Positions 63,803 through 64,000 of a stretch of DNA of 64,000 bases are shown piece after piece. Numbering within the stretch: the stretch's first letter is position 1; the number at the start of each line of letters is the position of its first letter. Both the position numbers and the translations under genes were made by a program. Source of the DNA: Chiloscyllium plagiosum (Eukaryota); contig NC_057719.1 in NCBI RefSeq assembly GCF_004010195.1, positions 17,240,893 through 17,304,892 of the forward strand, written 5' to 3'. The notes under the pieces were generated by a model, which did not search any database, had not been told where the DNA came from, and saw only the letters and a program-made list of their open reading frames with translations.

Positions 63803-64000
63803 AGTATATAGCCATTAAACCCTTTGAATGAAACTATGTTCTTACTTACAAATGTTCCTGGTAGTTAGGGATCCGTAGCTGGAGTGCTATCACAACAATC
63901 CAATGATCTGAGCAGGCACCTACCAGCTAACAACTGGAAACTGTTTAGTGGTGTTCAACCAGCCAGGACCCTATTCACATTCCTCGCTTCCCAAACGGCT

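Noticed and set aside
1..64000. Known vertebrate miRNAs, snoRNAs or rRNA
   Set aside because: Only short seed-like partial matches seen by eye (e.g. taatgcccct at 6544, ggcaagatgtt at 30945), without the full mature sequence or hairpin; a formal Rfam/miRBase scan was not possible

Overview
Eukaryotic, repeat-rich, apparently non-genic DNA from a cartilaginous fish. The elasmobranch call is inferred from HE1 V-SINEs with (AATCT)n tails, HER1/CR1 LINEs and Deu-domain SINEs. No intact protein-coding gene is supported. The long ORFs are decayed transposon sequence (CR1/HER1 RT, L2 RT, Penelope RT plus GIY-YIG, Harbinger transposase and Myb/SANT ORF), microsatellite or gap artefacts, or chance. 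The most notable signal is a set of Penelope-like element (PLE) ends from at least three families carrying minimal hammerhead ribozymes with a palindromic stem III. One is fully intact (44621-44658, minus strand) and sits in the loop of a perfect 54-bp hairpin flanked by a 17-bp target-site duplication (TSD). Many other PLE micro-insertions have 10-17 bp TSDs and break at the ribozyme. TE-poor islands rich in TAAT, octamer and RFX motifs look like conserved non-coding elements of a gene desert or large intron (inference). A 30-bp repeat array with a coding-like substitution pattern and a few isolated exon candidates are also present. All family names come from sequence recognition; no database search was run. 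TE boundaries are approximate unless a TSD is given.
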